Positions 46,512 through 57,377 of a DNA stretch of 64,000 nucleotides are shown here, in pieces. The notes under the pieces were generated by a model. That model searched no databases. It was not told the DNA's origin and saw only the letters and a list, made by a program, of their open reading frames with translations. Numbering within the stretch: position 1 is the first letter of the stretch; each line of letters begins with the position of its first letter. Origin of the DNA: Deinococcales bacterium (GTDB lineage Bacteria > Deinococcota > Deinococci > Deinococcales > JAAFIG01); contig JANNVX010000032.1 in assembly GCA_031414595.1 (NCBI GenBank), positions 1 through 64,000 of the forward strand, in the 5' to 3' direction. The translations under genes were made by a program, and so were the position numbers.

Positions 46512-48740
46512 ATGAAGTTAAGCGAATTTAATCCCCTCAACTGGAATCCTAAACGTTGGGCAAGTTATGTACCTTTTGGGATTGGTCAACAGCGCCCCAA
46601 TAATTATCTCGAGGTTTTTAGGGCAGCTTGGGAATCCAAGGATAATTTGGGCTATGCTTGGAAAGTCCTGAATGAAGGTGTCTGTGACGGCTGCGCCCTT
46701 GGCACAAGCGGCTTAAAAGATTGGACACTGGACGGGATTCACCTCTGTAACATCCGTTTGCGTTTGTTGCGCCTAAATACCATGCCCGCTCTCGAGACCG
46801 CTTGGCTTGGTGATGTCTCGGCACTACGGGCGCTCTCGAGTAAAGAACTGCGCGACCTTGGGCGTTTACCATTTCCAATGCGCCGTAAGAAAAACCAAAC
46901 AGGATTCTCGAGAATTACATGGGATGAGGCACTGGATGCGATTGCAACTCGAGTCAAAGATACATCAGCACGGCGGATGGGCTTTTTTTTAACCTCGAGA
47001 GGCATGACCAACGAAGGCTACTACACCGTACAGAAAGCAGTTCGAGCAATCGGGTCTAACTGCATAGACAACGCGGCACGGCTCTGTCACAGCCCTAGTA
47101 CCGTCGCCCTCAAACAAACCCTTGGGATTGTTGCCACAACTTGTTCTTATACTGACTGGATTGGTTCGGATGTGGTGGTTTTTATTGGTAGCAACGTGGC
47201 GACCAATCAGCCAGTGGCGACCAAATACCTGCACCATGCCAAGGTTGCTGGCACAAAAGTGGTTTGTGTCAATGCTTACCGCGAACCCGGAATGGAGCGT
47301 TACTGGGTCCCCAGTGCGCCAGAGAGTGCCGTTTTTGGAACTAAAATCACTGATTCGTTTTATTTGGTCAATACGGGCGGTGATGCGGCTTTTTTAAGTG
47401 GAGTCTTAAAGCACATCTTGCACCTTGGACTCGAGAACAAAGAATTTGTAGAAGCACGCACATCAGGTTTTGATGCCTTAAGAATTCATCTCGAGGCGTT
47501 GGACTGGGCGGAACTTGAAACCAGTAGCGGCTCGAGTGTTACCGAAATGCAAGAATTAGCGCTACAACTCGGCTCTGCCAAGACTGGCGTTTTGGTTTGG
47601 AGTATGGGCGTGACCCAGCATTTTTGTGGTGAGGACACGGTACGAGCGATTGTCAATCTTGGTTTAGCGCTTGGTTGGGTCGGACGAGACAAATGCGGTT
47701 TAATGCCAATTCGCGGACATTCTGGGGTGCAAGCTGGCGCAGAAATGGGTGCATACAGCACGATGCTGCCCGGTGGTCTCAATCCATCCGAAGAAAATTA
47801 TGTGGCACTCGAGCAGCAATACGGTTTTAGCCTGTCTCGAGAGTCTGGACTGACCGTTCCAGAAATGATAGATGCAGCTTTTAACCAAGAACTCGATTTA
47901 CTATTTGCAGTTGGCGGTAATTTTCTCGAGGTGCTGCCCGACCCGAATTACGTGGCTGTGGCATTAGAGCAAGTGCCTTTGCGGGTGCATATGGACTTGG
48001 TGCTGTCGAGTCAAATGCTGCTTGATGGCGAAGACGTGATTGTCTTACCCGCAATGACACGCTATGAAATTGCTGGCGGTGTGACCGAAACCAGTACCGA
48101 ACGCCGCGTGATTTACAGCCCCGAAATTATTGGACACCGAATCCCAGAAGCTCGAGCCGAACTCGATGTCTTTATGGATTTAGCCCGTCGGGTTCGCCCA
48201 GAAATGGCAGCCCAACTGACTTTTAAGAATACCCAAGCCATCCGTGAAGAAATTGCTCGAGTCATCCCTAGTTACAACGGCATTGAACATTTAGCCAAAC
48301 AAGGCGACCAATTTCAAATGTCTGGGCGACACTTATGCGAAGGTGGTATTTTTAAGACCCCAGACACAAAAGGGCGATTTAGCGTGGTTCATCCCTCGAG
48401 CAGTGCCGTTCCAGAAGGATTTTTTAGGTTATCCACACGACGCGGAAAACAATTTAATTCGATGATTCATGAACATAAAGACAGCATCAATGGGGCAATG
48501 CGTGACTCGGTGCTGATGAGTGTTGTGGATGCAGCTAACCTAGGACTCAAAAATGGGGACGCGGTAGAACTGAAGTCAACCCACGGTAGCATGTTAGCTC
48601 GAGTCTGGATTGCCAATGTTAAACCCAGCAATCTTCAAGTTCACTTTCCGGAAGGCAATGTGCTGCTCGATAAATCCAAGCGCTCGGCACAAAGTCATAT
48701 CCCAGATTACAATGCACTGGTGCAAATCACTCGAGTCTAG
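46512..48740 (+). CDS. FdhF/YdeP family molybdopterin oxidoreductase
   Basis: GVCDGCALG, DNAARLCHSPS, WSMGVTQH, PIRGHSGVQ, TRRGKQFNS. Confidence 0.9.
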   Translation: MKLSEFNPLNWNPKRWASYVPFGIGQQRPNNYLEVFRAAWESKDNLGYAWKVLNEGVCDGCALGTSGLKDWTLDGIHLCNIRLRLLRLNTMPALETAWLGDVSALRALSSKELRDLGRLPFPMRRKKNQTGFSRITWDEALDAIATRVKDTSARRMGFFLTSRGMTNEGYYTVQKAVRAIGSNCIDNAARLCHSPSTVALKQTLGIVATTCSYTDWIGSDVVVFIGSNVATNQPVATKYLHHAKVAGTKVVCVNAYREPGMERYWVPSAPESAVFGTKITDSFYLVNTGGDAAFLSGVLKHILHLGLENKEFVEARTSGFDALRIHLEALDWAELETSSGSSVTEMQELALQLGSAKTGVLVWSMGVTQHFCGEDTVRAIVNLGLALGWVGRDKCGLMPIRGHSGVQAGAEMGAYSTMLPGGLNPSEENYVALEQQYGFSLSRESGLTVPEMIDAAFNQELDLLFAVGGNFLEVLPDPNYVAVALEQVPLRVHMDLVLSSQMLLDGEDVIVLPAMTRYEIAGGVTETSTERRVIYSPEIIGHRIPEARAELDVFMDLARRVRPEMAAQLTFKNTQAIREEIARVIPSYNGIEHLAKQGDQFQMSGRHLCEGGIFKTPDTKGRFSVVHPSSSAVPEGFFRLSTRRGKQFNSMIHEHKDSINGAMRDSVLMSVVDAANLGLKNGDAVELKSTHGSMLARVWIANVKPSNLQVHFPEGNVLLDKSKRSAQSHIPDYNALVQITRV

Positions 48741-48758
48741 GCATGTTAGGCTATCGCC

Positions 48759-49925
48759 ATGAAAATCCATGTGATTGTGCTGGATAGTGTTGGGGTCGGC
48801 GCACTGCCTGACGCGCATTTGTTCTCGAGTAGCCCGAGCCACCCACGCGGCGACGAGGGTTCGCACACAATCAATCATATCTTAGAGCAAACCCAAATTA
48901 AATTACCGAATCTCGAGGGGCTAGGTTTGGGCTGGATTCCAACCGTCAAGGCGGCTCGAGTACCAAATCCCACAGGCAGTTATGGGCGAATGCTTGAGGT
49001 CAGTAAAGGCAAAGACACCAGCACGGGGCATTGGGAATTTATGGGAATCCAACTCGAGCATCCGTTTCAAGTTTTCCCAGACGGTTATCCAAAACCAGTC
49101 ATGGATGCCTTCGGTAACGCCATCGGACGCGGTTGGTTGTGCAATAAGCCGTACAGTGGCACAGATGTGATTCGAGATTACGGGGCGCAACACCTCGAGA
49201 CGGGTTTTCCAATCGTTTATACCAGTGCTGATAGTGTTTTTCAGATTGCCACCCACGAAGACCGTGTGCCACTGGACACCTTGTATCGTTGGTGCAAAGA
49301 AGCCCGAGCGATTTTACAAAATGAGTTTGCCGTGGCTCGAGTGATTGCCCGTCCGTTTCGTGGGACTCATCCGTTTGAGCGGGCGAGTGAGCATCGCAAG
49401 GATTATTCGCTTGTGCCGCCACCAAATGCTCTGGATGCTTTATTTGAGGCAAAGTTTGATGTGATTGGGCTTGGTAAAATCCCAGATATTTATGCTGGGC
49501 GTGGCTTTACCCAGAGTATTCACACCGACAATAACGATGATGGTATCCAGAAAATGCTAGGTGTGATGCGCTCTGATTTTCATGGTTTGGCGTTTCTAAA
49601 CTTGGTGGACTTTGATGCCAAGTATGGTCATCGGCGTGATGTCCTTGGCTATGCCCATGCCTTAGAAACCTTTGATGCCCAACTCCCCGAAATTCTGGCG
49701 GCTGTCTCGAGTGGTGACAGGCTCTACATTGTTTCTGACCACGGCAACGACCCAACATGGTTTGGTTCAGACCACACCCGAGAACACGCCATGCTGTTAG
49801 CCTACAGCCCCAATATGCCTTCTCGAGACCTAGGGGAACGCACTACCTTTGCCGACCTAGCTGCTACGATTTGTGCTGGCTTAAATGTGCCGTGGTCTGG
49901 ACATGGAACAAGTTTTGAAGGTTAA
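48759..49925 (+). CDS. deoB: Phosphopentomutase
   Basis: [38 protein letters not shown]...DHTRE. Confidence 0.95.
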   Translation: MKIHVIVLDSVGVGALPDAHLFSSSPSHPRGDEGSHTINHILEQTQIKLPNLEGLGLGWIPTVKAARVPNPTGSYGRMLEVSKGKDTSTGHWEFMGIQLEHPFQVFPDGYPKPVMDAFGNAIGRGWLCNKPYSGTDVIRDYGAQHLETGFPIVYTSADSVFQIATHEDRVPLDTLYRWCKEARAILQNEFAVARVIARPFRGTHPFERASEHRKDYSLVPPPNALDALFEAKFDVIGLGKIPDIYAGRGFTQSIHTDNNDDGIQKMLGVMRSDFHGLAFLNLVDFDAKYGHRRDVLGYAHALETFDAQLPEILAAVSSGDRLYIVSDHGNDPTWFGSDHTREHAMLLAYSPNMPSRDLGERTTFADLAATICAGLNVPWSGHGTSFEG

Positions 49926-49963
49926 AAGGCGAAGGTCTTTTGCTTTTCGCCTTTTGCCCTTCT

Positions 49964-50731
49964 TCACATCACTGTTGCATTACTGGCATTTCGGATGGTG
50001 TCCCGTTCCCAAATTAAATCGCGCAGTAACCAACCTGAACCATTGATTTCAATTTCACCAGTCCGTACCGCTTCAATTAAATAAGTTCTGAGTGTGTCAA
50101 TCCGAAAACCAAGCTCGAGTAAATCGAGAATTCGGCGTTTGCCATCCAAGTAAGTTGGAATGGTTTGCAGGGTGTACCCTTCGCTGTTGCCTTTTCGGGC
50201 GGCTGGATGCTGGATTTTCATCCCCATCCAAGCAAATTTATCGAGCAGCATCAATACTTTACTAGGAATTAACGGCATCACTCGAGTGGTCACCTCAAAA
50301 GCACTGGCTTCTAAAGTACGGGCAACCGTTCGGATACTTTTACCACCCTGAAAAGGATGTGGCGTGTCTTGGACTGTGCCGTTGTAATCGAGCATACGGC
50401 TGGGGCTGCCGATTATTGGTAGCATCCGCGCCCATTCATCGTTGACCCTTGCCCAATCGGTCATCAGGGTCGGAAAAGCAAGGTTAAATTGGGCTACGAC
50501 TGATTGACTCGATGGAGTAAAACGAAAATTGCCATCGCTGGCATGAAGTACAAAACTCTGCACCGCTTCTAAACCGCCCCAATCGAGGATGTTACCAGCA
50601 ATCACTTCACCTTGGACAATGCTCAGTGCCAAAGGCAATTCGGCGGCGACTTGCAAACGCCCAGATTGCTTGGTCAGGTTTATCAGTTCTAGTACACTCG
50701 AGAGTGGTGTGTCACGCAGGTTGCCTTCCAT
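49964..50731 (-). CDS. DUF4388 (PATAN-like) domain protein
   Basis: MEGNLRDTPLSSVLELI.LTKQSGRL N-terminal motif. Confidence 0.75.
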   Translation of the reverse strand: MEGNLRDTPLSSVLELINLTKQSGRLQVAAELPLALSIVQGEVIAGNILDWGGLEAVQSFVLHASDGNFRFTPSSQSVVAQFNLAFPTLMTDWARVNDEWARMLPIIGSPSRMLDYNGTVQDTPHPFQGGKSIRTVARTLEASAFEVTTRVMPLIPSKVLMLLDKFAWMGMKIQHPAARKGNSEGYTLQTIPTYLDGKRRILDLLELGFRIDTLRTYLIEAVRTGEIEINGSGWLLRDLIWERDTIRNASNATVM

Positions 50732-51617
50732 GATCCACCTTTCCCCCCAGTTCGTAACCACTTGCAATGGGCAACTCTAGTATACGTGAAGCAAATTTTA
50801 GAAGTGGGACTTTCACACTGTCAACTTGGTTTACTTCACAAATTGCAGCCACACTTGGACCTGCCCCAGATAAAAAAGCGGCTAACGCGCCAGCTTCTAG
50901 GGCGGCGGCTATCGTCTCGAGCAGATTTGGTACAAATTGGGCGCGGTACGGTTGGTGGATGGTGTCTTGACAGGCTTCACGCAGCAATTCATAGCGCCCA
51001 GCACTTAAGGCAGCTACCCATAGCGCAGTCCGGGAAGCATTAAAAATTGTATCGGCTTGGCTATATTGATTTGGCAAGGCGGCTCTGGCTTCGGAGGTTT
51101 TCAACAAAAAGTCTGGAATCGCAAACACGGCTCGCCAAGACTCTGGGACAGCTAAACTGACCGACAAAGGTAAATCGCCTTTCATCGCACTGGCAGTAAA
51201 ACCCCCTAATACGGCTGGCGCAACATTATCGGGGTGTCCCTCGAGGGCGGCGCAAACCCTGAGTACCCCTTCGCGTCCAAGACGACCACCCAGCACATCA
51301 TCGGCTAAGGCTGCTCCCCCGACCAAGGCGGCACTTGAACTGCCCAGCCCTCGAGCCAAGGGAATCGGATTTTGGCAAGTTATTCTGGCGGCTGGTGGCT
51401 CGAGACCAAGGCTTCTAAAGGCGGCGTTCCAGCCAGCGTGCATCAGGTTATTTTCGGGGTCTACTGTGCCGTCGCCAGCGTAAATAAATTCTGGTTTCTG
51501 GCTAGGTTCTACCCTAGCACTTAAATAAAGTCCTACCGCTAAGCCAAGGCAATCAAACCCTGGTCCTAAGTTGGCAATGGTGGCGGGAACGCGAATCGAA
51601 ACTGGAGCAAAATCCAT
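50712..51617 (-). CDS. thrB: Homoserine kinase
   Basis: PATIANLGPGFD, IPLARGLGSS, EGHPDN, LSGAGPS. Confidence 0.95.
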   Translation of the reverse strand: MDFAPVSIRVPATIANLGPGFDCLGLAVGLYLSARVEPSQKPEFIYAGDGTVDPENNLMHAGWNAAFRSLGLEPPAARITCQNPIPLARGLGSSSAALVGGAALADDVLGGRLGREGVLRVCAALEGHPDNVAPAVLGGFTASAMKGDLPLSVSLAVPESWRAVFAIPDFLLKTSEARAALPNQYSQADTIFNASRTALWVAALSAGRYELLREACQDTIHQPYRAQFVPNLLETIAAALEAGALAAFLSGAGPSVAAICEVNQVDSVKVPLLKFASRILELPIASGYELGGKVDHGRQPA

Positions 51618-51751
51618 GACACTCGTATTTGTACCATCTCAAGGACACGACGTACAGCCTTGCAGCGAGAGTAGACTTATAACCATCACCTAAGATGAGG
51701 CTAAGTAAGGAAGCAAATTTAAGTTGAGGTATCAATACGAAGAAAACATGT

Positions 51752-51777
51752 GTAGGGGCAGACCCCTGTGTCTGCCC
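51752..51777 (+). repeat. GTAG-family REP
   Basis: GTAGGGGCAGACCCCTGTGTCTGCCC. Confidence 0.7.
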
Positions 51778-51841
51778 TGCTGAGAATTGGTTAAGAGTAA
51801 TTTGGCTTTCCTACTTACCAAGCAGTCAGTGGATTTTTGGT

Positions 51842-52840
51842 TTAGTCTATAAAGACACCAGCCCGTTGTAACTCGAGCTTGGCTTCTTCGAGTACCTTGG
51901 CGTAGCTTTGGGCAAACGGTAGGTTAATTGTCGCCCCAGCCGCCGGAACATGCCCACCGCCACCGCAGGCAATGGCAATGTTCTGGGCGCTGACCCCGCT
52001 TTTAGAACGCAAACTGACTTTGACCGAATCGCCGTAATCCTTAAATAAACAAGCCACGACCGTTCCTTCGGCGTTGCGAATGTAATTAACTAAACTTTCG
52101 ACATCCTCCCAAGAAGCCCCTAAGCGCGTCAGCATTGCCGAATTCACAAAAGCCGTGACCATCTTGCCGGACAGCGGAAATTCTATTGTTGAGTAGACCT
52201 CGGCTTGGAGTTTATAAAACGAATGCGGTTGAGAAGCCAGGGCTTCGTTAATTTTAACTAAACTGACCCCGGAAGAAAGTAAATCAGCCGCCGCATGAAG
52301 CACCGAAGTATCGGTGTTGCTATTACGAAAAAAACCAGTATCGGTCAGAATACCTGTCAGCAATGGCTCGCTGATTGTGGGGTTAAGTTCCACGCCAAGC
52401 GCCACTACCAAATCTTTAACCATTAAGGCACAAGCGGCTTTATCTGGACTGACCAAAGCAATTTCGCCAAAACGTGGATTAGAACCATGATGGTCAATGT
52501 TAATGATTGGAATACCAGCTTGGTTCATTGGCACACCATCTACCCTCGAGACCTCGGCGCTGTCCACCACCAAAAGCAGTGCGCCGTCTGGCAGTACCTC
52601 GAGTTTGGGGGTCAGTTCATCTGTCCCAGCCATCCATTCTAAGTAACGCGGCGGCACACCAACCGGCAGTACCGTCTTGCCGATAGCGGCTAAGGCTCGA
52701 GAAGCCCCTAAAACACTGCCAATCGCATCTCCGTCAGGGTCTACATGGGCGGCAATCACAATTGTGCCAGTGTGGGATTTAAGTCGCTCGGCAATTGCAA
52801 CTAATTTTGTCTGATAATTGGGGTCAATCGAATTATTCAT
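51842..52840 (-). CDS. DHH/DHHA1 phosphoesterase (NrnA-like)
   Basis: H.DPDGDAIGS, IDHH, DTG.F, SLRS, GGGH..AAG. Confidence 0.9.
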   Translation of the reverse strand: MNNSIDPNYQTKLVAIAERLKSHTGTIVIAAHVDPDGDAIGSVLGASRALAAIGKTVLPVGVPPRYLEWMAGTDELTPKLEVLPDGALLLVVDSAEVSRVDGVPMNQAGIPIINIDHHGSNPRFGEIALVSPDKAACALMVKDLVVALGVELNPTISEPLLTGILTDTGFFRNSNTDTSVLHAAADLLSSGVSLVKINEALASQPHSFYKLQAEVYSTIEFPLSGKMVTAFVNSAMLTRLGASWEDVESLVNYIRNAEGTVVACLFKDYGDSVKVSLRSKSGVSAQNIAIACGGGGHVPAAGATINLPFAQSYAKVLEEAKLELQRAGVFID

Positions 52841-52948
52841 GAATTCCTTTCGTGCAGTAAAACCGCAAACACCACCAGTTTACCCTACAAGCCATCAAAG
52901 CGTGAAATTTTTACTAGGCGCAGCTTTCAAAAATGGTAGGCTTAGACG

Positions 52949-54391
52949 ATGAAAAAAGTCTTTTTAAGCCTTGCCTTTTGCGTTTGTATTGCCACCCAAG
53001 GCTTTGCCAGTCCAGCCGTAGAACTCTTTAACCAAGCCGCCAATTTTATCGAAACCCAGTATTTTGGACCCAGCACCGTGGCTATTCCAGCCTTATTAGA
53101 AAAATACCGCAACGAAGTCGCCCTGGTTTGTTTACGCAGCGCCAACCCAGAAGAATGCAGTTATGAAAAAATTGAACCGGTTATTGCCAAGTTATTTGCC
53201 GACCTCCAAGACGGACATGCCTATTACTTAAATGCCGAAGCGGTGCGCCAAGAAAACGCCAATCGCCAAGGACAAGCCATTACGCCACGCCCAGCCCTAG
53301 GACTTCGCTTCTCGAGTTTTTGCGATACCCCCAACGGCACATGTGAGTATGACAGCGAAAATAACTTAAGCAGCCAAATTCTACGCGACCAACTGGTCAC
53401 TCGAGTCACGATTGGTAGCCCATCCGAAGCAGCCGGGGTTCGCTACGGAGACCGTCTGGTGGGCTACAACAACACCCTTTTCTCGAGTTTTGCGACCCTC
53501 GCAGAATACCAAAAGTTTCGGGCTGACCTGACTCCAAAAGTCCAAGCCGGCGAAGACATCACCCTGAACTTGCTACGCGGCGAAAATCGTCAAGCCATTA
53601 ACATCAAGTACAAAGGCGCACTTTTTAACACCAGCCAAATGCCCGTCCTCGAGATGCGCCCCGACGGAATTGCGGTTCTGACTGTCCGAGATTATCAGAT
53701 TCGCGGTGTCGGACAACAGATTCATAATTTAATCCGCCAAGCCGAAGCTCAAAATGCCAAAGGGATTATTTTTGAACAACGTCAAAATGGCGGCGGCAGT
53801 GTCTTTGAAATGATGTTGGCAGTTGGTGCATTTATAGCAAACCCAGACCCATTTCGGTTTGTACCACGTTACAACCCCGACAGCAACAGCATTGAATTTG
53901 GCTACCAAGCTGGAAATGCCACCGTCCGTTACGGCACTGGTATTTTACAAATTGGCTCGAGCGTTAGTGACCCAATTACGACTCGCTTACCAATGGTGAC
54001 TTTGGTAGATGGTAACTGTGCTTCTGGTTGTGAGTATTTTGCTAACTATATCCAGCGCCACCAGCGCGGCGTGGTGATTGGTGCAAAAACAGCTGGGGTC
54101 GGCAACAGCAATACGGCTCGTTTTGCCTTAATTAACGGTGGCTCGGCGGGTATACCAACCCTGCGTGCTTTCTGGCTTGATGGCACTGGATTACCCGCTT
54201 TTGCCACTGCCGACCAAAAACTCCCAGAACTCGAGTGGAATTTATTTAACACCGGACGAGACCAAGCCATGTTACTGGCACTGAACAGCTTAAAACAAAA
54301 TCCGAGTCTGCAAACTCGAGAAGCACCGATTCCAACAGCCCTACAACAAGAAATTTGGCAACGCCAATACCCAAATCAAAGACTCGAATAA
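52949..54391 (+). CDS. S41 family peptidase with PDZ domain
   Basis: Signal peptide, RQNGGG, CASGCE, G.KTAG.G. Confidence 0.82.
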   Translation: MKKVFLSLAFCVCIATQGFASPAVELFNQAANFIETQYFGPSTVAIPALLEKYRNEVALVCLRSANPEECSYEKIEPVIAKLFADLQDGHAYYLNAEAVRQENANRQGQAITPRPALGLRFSSFCDTPNGTCEYDSENNLSSQILRDQLVTRVTIGSPSEAAGVRYGDRLVGYNNTLFSSFATLAEYQKFRADLTPKVQAGEDITLNLLRGENRQAINIKYKGALFNTSQMPVLEMRPDGIAVLTVRDYQIRGVGQQIHNLIRQAEAQNAKGIIFEQRQNGGGSVFEMMLAVGAFIANPDPFRFVPRYNPDSNSIEFGYQAGNATVRYGTGILQIGSSVSDPITTRLPMVTLVDGNCASGCEYFANYIQRHQRGVVIGAKTAGVGNSNTARFALINGGSAGIPTLRAFWLDGTGLPAFATADQKLPELEWNLFNTGRDQAMLLALNSLKQNPSLQTREAPIPTALQQEIWQRQYPNQRLE

Positions 54392-54398
54392 ATAAAAA

Positions 54399-54423
54399 AA
54401 GGGCGACTAAGAAGCTCGCCCTT
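54399..54423. terminator. Hairpin between convergent genes
   Basis: AAGGGCGA-ctaagaagc-TCGCCCTT with an A-tract on the left. Confidence 0.6.
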
Positions 54424-54435
54424 AAATCACAACAA

Positions 54436-55347
54436 TTACTTCTTGGCAGCCGCAGCTTGGGCTTCACGAACAATGTCGTAATCGCTGTCTTTAGCGGTCA
54501 CAAGGTATTCTATACGGTAGAGGTCACGCAGTAATTTGCGGCTTTCTGGTTTGGAGCGCATGGCAAGCAAGGCATTGGTCACCAGTGTGACGGTATCTTT
54601 ACAACTGCTTTGGAAGTTACGACGCACCGAAACAGTATCACCGGGGATTGGCTTAGAGTATGCCAAAACACGAATTTTAGCTTGTTGGGCTGGGTCGCTT
54701 AGGTACTGTGTCCAAGAACCACTTGTGCCTTTGGTGTTGTTAGAAAAAGTTGCCCCAACATCAACTGTACCGTTCAAGACACTAAAGACCACGGCATCAT
54801 GTCCACCGGCAAAAACTTGTTTGGCAAATAATTTATCGGCATCGAGTTTATTAGCAATTAAAGTGGCTTTAGGAAAAGTGTAACCAGCCGCGCTGTTTGG
54901 ATCTACCCAAGCGATACTCGAGCCTTGAAGGTCTTGGAGGGTACGAAAACGGCTGTCTGAACGCACAATAAAGGCTGACCAGTAATAAGGACCGCCTTCT
55001 CGAGACGATTTTAGTAAGACATTGGCAATGCCTTCTTTGGCTGCGTCCACATAACCAACTGGGTTTAACCAAGCAAAGTCCAGTTGACCAGAACGCATGG
55101 CTTCGATTAAGCCACGGTAATCTTGGGCAACTGTGGCTTTGACTTCAACACCACGAATTGTTTCCTCGAGATAATTGGCAATCGGTTTAGCACTGGCAAG
55201 AACTTTAGTGGCATCTTGGGCGGGGTTAAAGCCCATGCGGATGACTTTGCAGTTTTCTGCACCTTGTGCCACAGTTGGCAAATTCGAGATAGCTAAGGTG
55301 CTAAGGGCGGCGATTGCGCTGGCGACACCAAAAACGATTTTTTTCAT
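54436..55347 (-). CDS. Phosphate/phosphite/phosphonate ABC substrate-binding protein (PhnD-like)
   Basis: DYRGLIEAM, DPNSAAGY.FP, FAGGHDAV. Confidence 0.85.
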   Translation of the reverse strand: MKKIVFGVASAIAALSTLAISNLPTVAQGAENCKVIRMGFNPAQDATKVLASAKPIANYLEETIRGVEVKATVAQDYRGLIEAMRSGQLDFAWLNPVGYVDAAKEGIANVLLKSSREGGPYYWSAFIVRSDSRFRTLQDLQGSSIAWVDPNSAAGYTFPKATLIANKLDADKLFAKQVFAGGHDAVVFSVLNGTVDVGATFSNNTKGTSGSWTQYLSDPAQQAKIRVLAYSKPIPGDTVSVRRNFQSSCKDTVTLVTNALLAMRSKPESRKLLRDLYRIEYLVTAKDSDYDIVREAQAAAAKK

Positions 55348-55446
55348 ATTTTCCTCCAAAAAAGCTCGGCAACCAACAGACTTGGTTGCTACTAGGAGCA
55401 GACTATACAATTTTTACTCGAGCCATGCCGATAATTAGACTCGAGT

Positions 55447-55617
55447 CTATTTCATAATCCCTAACATCACCATTACTAAAACGGCAATTCCACCAAGCGT
55501 ATTGACAACCGCCACGATTCGCATAAAGTTGCGCTGTATGGGCGGCACCTTAGGTAGCACCGAAAAATAAAACATTCCAAAGCCTAAGAGTGCCACACCA
55601 AGAATCAGCGAAGTCAT
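55447..55617 (-). CDS. Unannotated 56-aa 2-TM membrane protein
   Basis: MTSLILGVALLGFGMFYFSVLPKVPPIQRNFMRIVAVVNTLGGIAVLVMVMLGIMK*; ATGA overlap with the upstream redoxin. Confidence 0.65.
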   Translation of the reverse strand: MTSLILGVALLGFGMFYFSVLPKVPPIQRNFMRIVAVVNTLGGIAVLVMVMLGIMK

Positions 55618-56129
55618 GTGCAGGGTCCACGCTCGGCGAGTTCATAGAAACCCTTGTTGTCGCCGTCGGTTATCAGTTCCTTGGCTTTACCGCCGGTCAA
55701 ACCAGCCGCTTCATTGGCAGCCCAATTCATAAATTCACGGTTAAAGCCACTGTAACCACGGATAATTTTGCCATCCATACCAATTAAATAAATAGTTGGC
55801 AAAAACTTTGCGCCATACAACCCAGCCACAGCACAATTGTCGTGAGCCACTGGCATTTTTAAGTACAAGTTCTCGCCTTCGCCGACATACGTTTTGGTTT
55901 CCTCGAGCCGCCCTTCGGACAGCACCCAAACGGGGACACTTGGCGCAATTTCTGCCCAACGACGTAAGTACCCCACAACCAAGCGACTGGCGTTGATGAC
56001 TGGATGGGCAAAAACCAACAAGACGGGAGCTTTGGATAGAGCTGCACTTAAATCTAGGGTAACGCCGTTCAAATCGGTGGTGGTAAAATGCGGGGCAACT
56101 GTTCCCGCTTCAAGTATTTGCATAATCAT
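55614..56129 (-). CDS. AhpC/TSA/TlpA-like thioredoxin-fold protein lacking CxxC
   Basis: G..APHFT..DLNG, PVLLVF, YG...LPT.YLI..DGKI; AGGAGA RBS. Confidence 0.75.
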   Translation of the reverse strand: MIMQILEAGTVAPHFTTTDLNGVTLDLSAALSKAPVLLVFAHPVINASRLVVGYLRRWAEIAPSVPVWVLSEGRLEETKTYVGEGENLYLKMPVAHDNCAVAGLYGAKFLPTIYLIGMDGKIIRGYSGFNREFMNWAANEAAGLTGGKAKELITDGDNKGFYELAERGPCT

Positions 56130-56175
56130 TCTCCTTTTAGCAAGCGGTATTGTAACAGGCAAACGCAGGGCAATT

Positions 56176-57345
56176 TTACTTGGTTGGTGGGGCGCTCTGA
56201 ATGGCTTTAACCACCGTTCCGGGGTACTGAGCGGTTTTGTACTGCAAGACATAATAATCGGCGGTTTGCCTGTCGCCATTGGCATTTAAGCGAATCCTTC
56301 CCGTCACTCCATCCCACTCGAGGGCGCGAACGGTACTGGCAACCTCGGCTCGAGATGGCAGTTTTTTGTTTTTCTCAAAAAGCTGGGCAACCGCTTCTAA
56401 AATCATATTGCTGGCATCAAAAGCATAGGGCGAATAGGTTTCTGGTGGACTTTGAAAAGCAGTTGTATAACGCTGCACAAAACCCTTGACATCACGTCCG
56501 CGTAAACCCAAAACAGGTCCCGCCGTAGAGGTAAAATAGACACCTTTAGCGGCTGCGCCCGCTAAACCAACAAAATTAGAATTGTCCAAACCATCTGGTC
56601 CAACAAATGCGGCTCGAGCTTGACTTAAAACTAGATTCTTGACCAAATCTGCCCCTTGAACCTCTGTGCCGCCATAATAAATTACTTCGGGGTTATAGAG
56701 TTTAATCTGTTGGGTCACAGCCGCCAGTGCAGCTGTGCTGAGTTTACCTTTGGGATTAGTGATAAACCCCACCACCGCTAAACCAATTGCCTTTGCTCGT
56801 TTTTGAAATGCCTGAGCGATTCCTAAACCGTAAGCATCGCCATCGTTAATCACCAAAACCCGACGGGCTTTTAAGGAACTGCGAATAAACTCGGCAGCCA
56901 CAGGACCTTGCACATCATCACGCCCACAAACTCGGTTGACAAAACTTAAACCTTGGTCGGTGACTAAGGGATTGGTATTTGAAGGCGAAACCAGTACCAA
57001 ATTAGCACTTTTATAAATCGGTAATGCCTCGAGGGTCACACCACTGTTCATATGACCGACCAGACCTAAAACACGGCTATCAATCACAATTTTACGCGCC
57101 ACCAACACCCCTGTGGCTGGCAGGGCTTGGTCATCCAAAGCCAGTAACTCGAGTTTAAGCCCGAGTTTTGTAAACCGAGACTGCGCCTCCAAGACCGCTA
57201 ACTGCGCCCCATTGCGAACCGTAGTACCAGTGTTGGCTTGTTCACCAGAAAGCGGCGCAGCCACCGCCAAGCGCACCACTGGCACGGACTGCCCCAAAGC
57301 TGAGGTGATCAGCGCCAGCCCCACCAATCCAAAAAACCATTTCAT
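56176..57345 (-). CDS. Branched-chain amino acid ABC substrate-binding protein (LivJ/K-like)
   Basis: APLSG, DDQA.P, VGHMNSG, RVCGRDDVQG, GVTG.I...NGD. Confidence 0.9.
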   Translation of the reverse strand: MKWFFGLVGLALITSALGQSVPVVRLAVAAPLSGEQANTGTTVRNGAQLAVLEAQSRFTKLGLKLELLALDDQALPATGVLVARKIVIDSRVLGLVGHMNSGVTLEALPIYKSANLVLVSPSNTNPLVTDQGLSFVNRVCGRDDVQGPVAAEFIRSSLKARRVLVINDGDAYGLGIAQAFQKRAKAIGLAVVGFITNPKGKLSTAALAAVTQQIKLYNPEVIYYGGTEVQGADLVKNLVLSQARAAFVGPDGLDNSNFVGLAGAAAKGVYFTSTAGPVLGLRGRDVKGFVQRYTTAFQSPPETYSPYAFDASNMILEAVAQLFEKNKKLPSRAEVASTVRALEWDGVTGRIRLNANGDRQTADYYVLQYKTAQYPGTVVKAIQSAPPTK

Positions 57346-57377
57346 TCTAGGCAGTATAGCAAAGCGTAAGATAAAGC

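Noticed and set aside
55614-55625. Selenocysteine readthrough at the redoxin TGA
   Set aside because: The TGA is part of an ATGA coupling to the next ORF and no SECIS is evident
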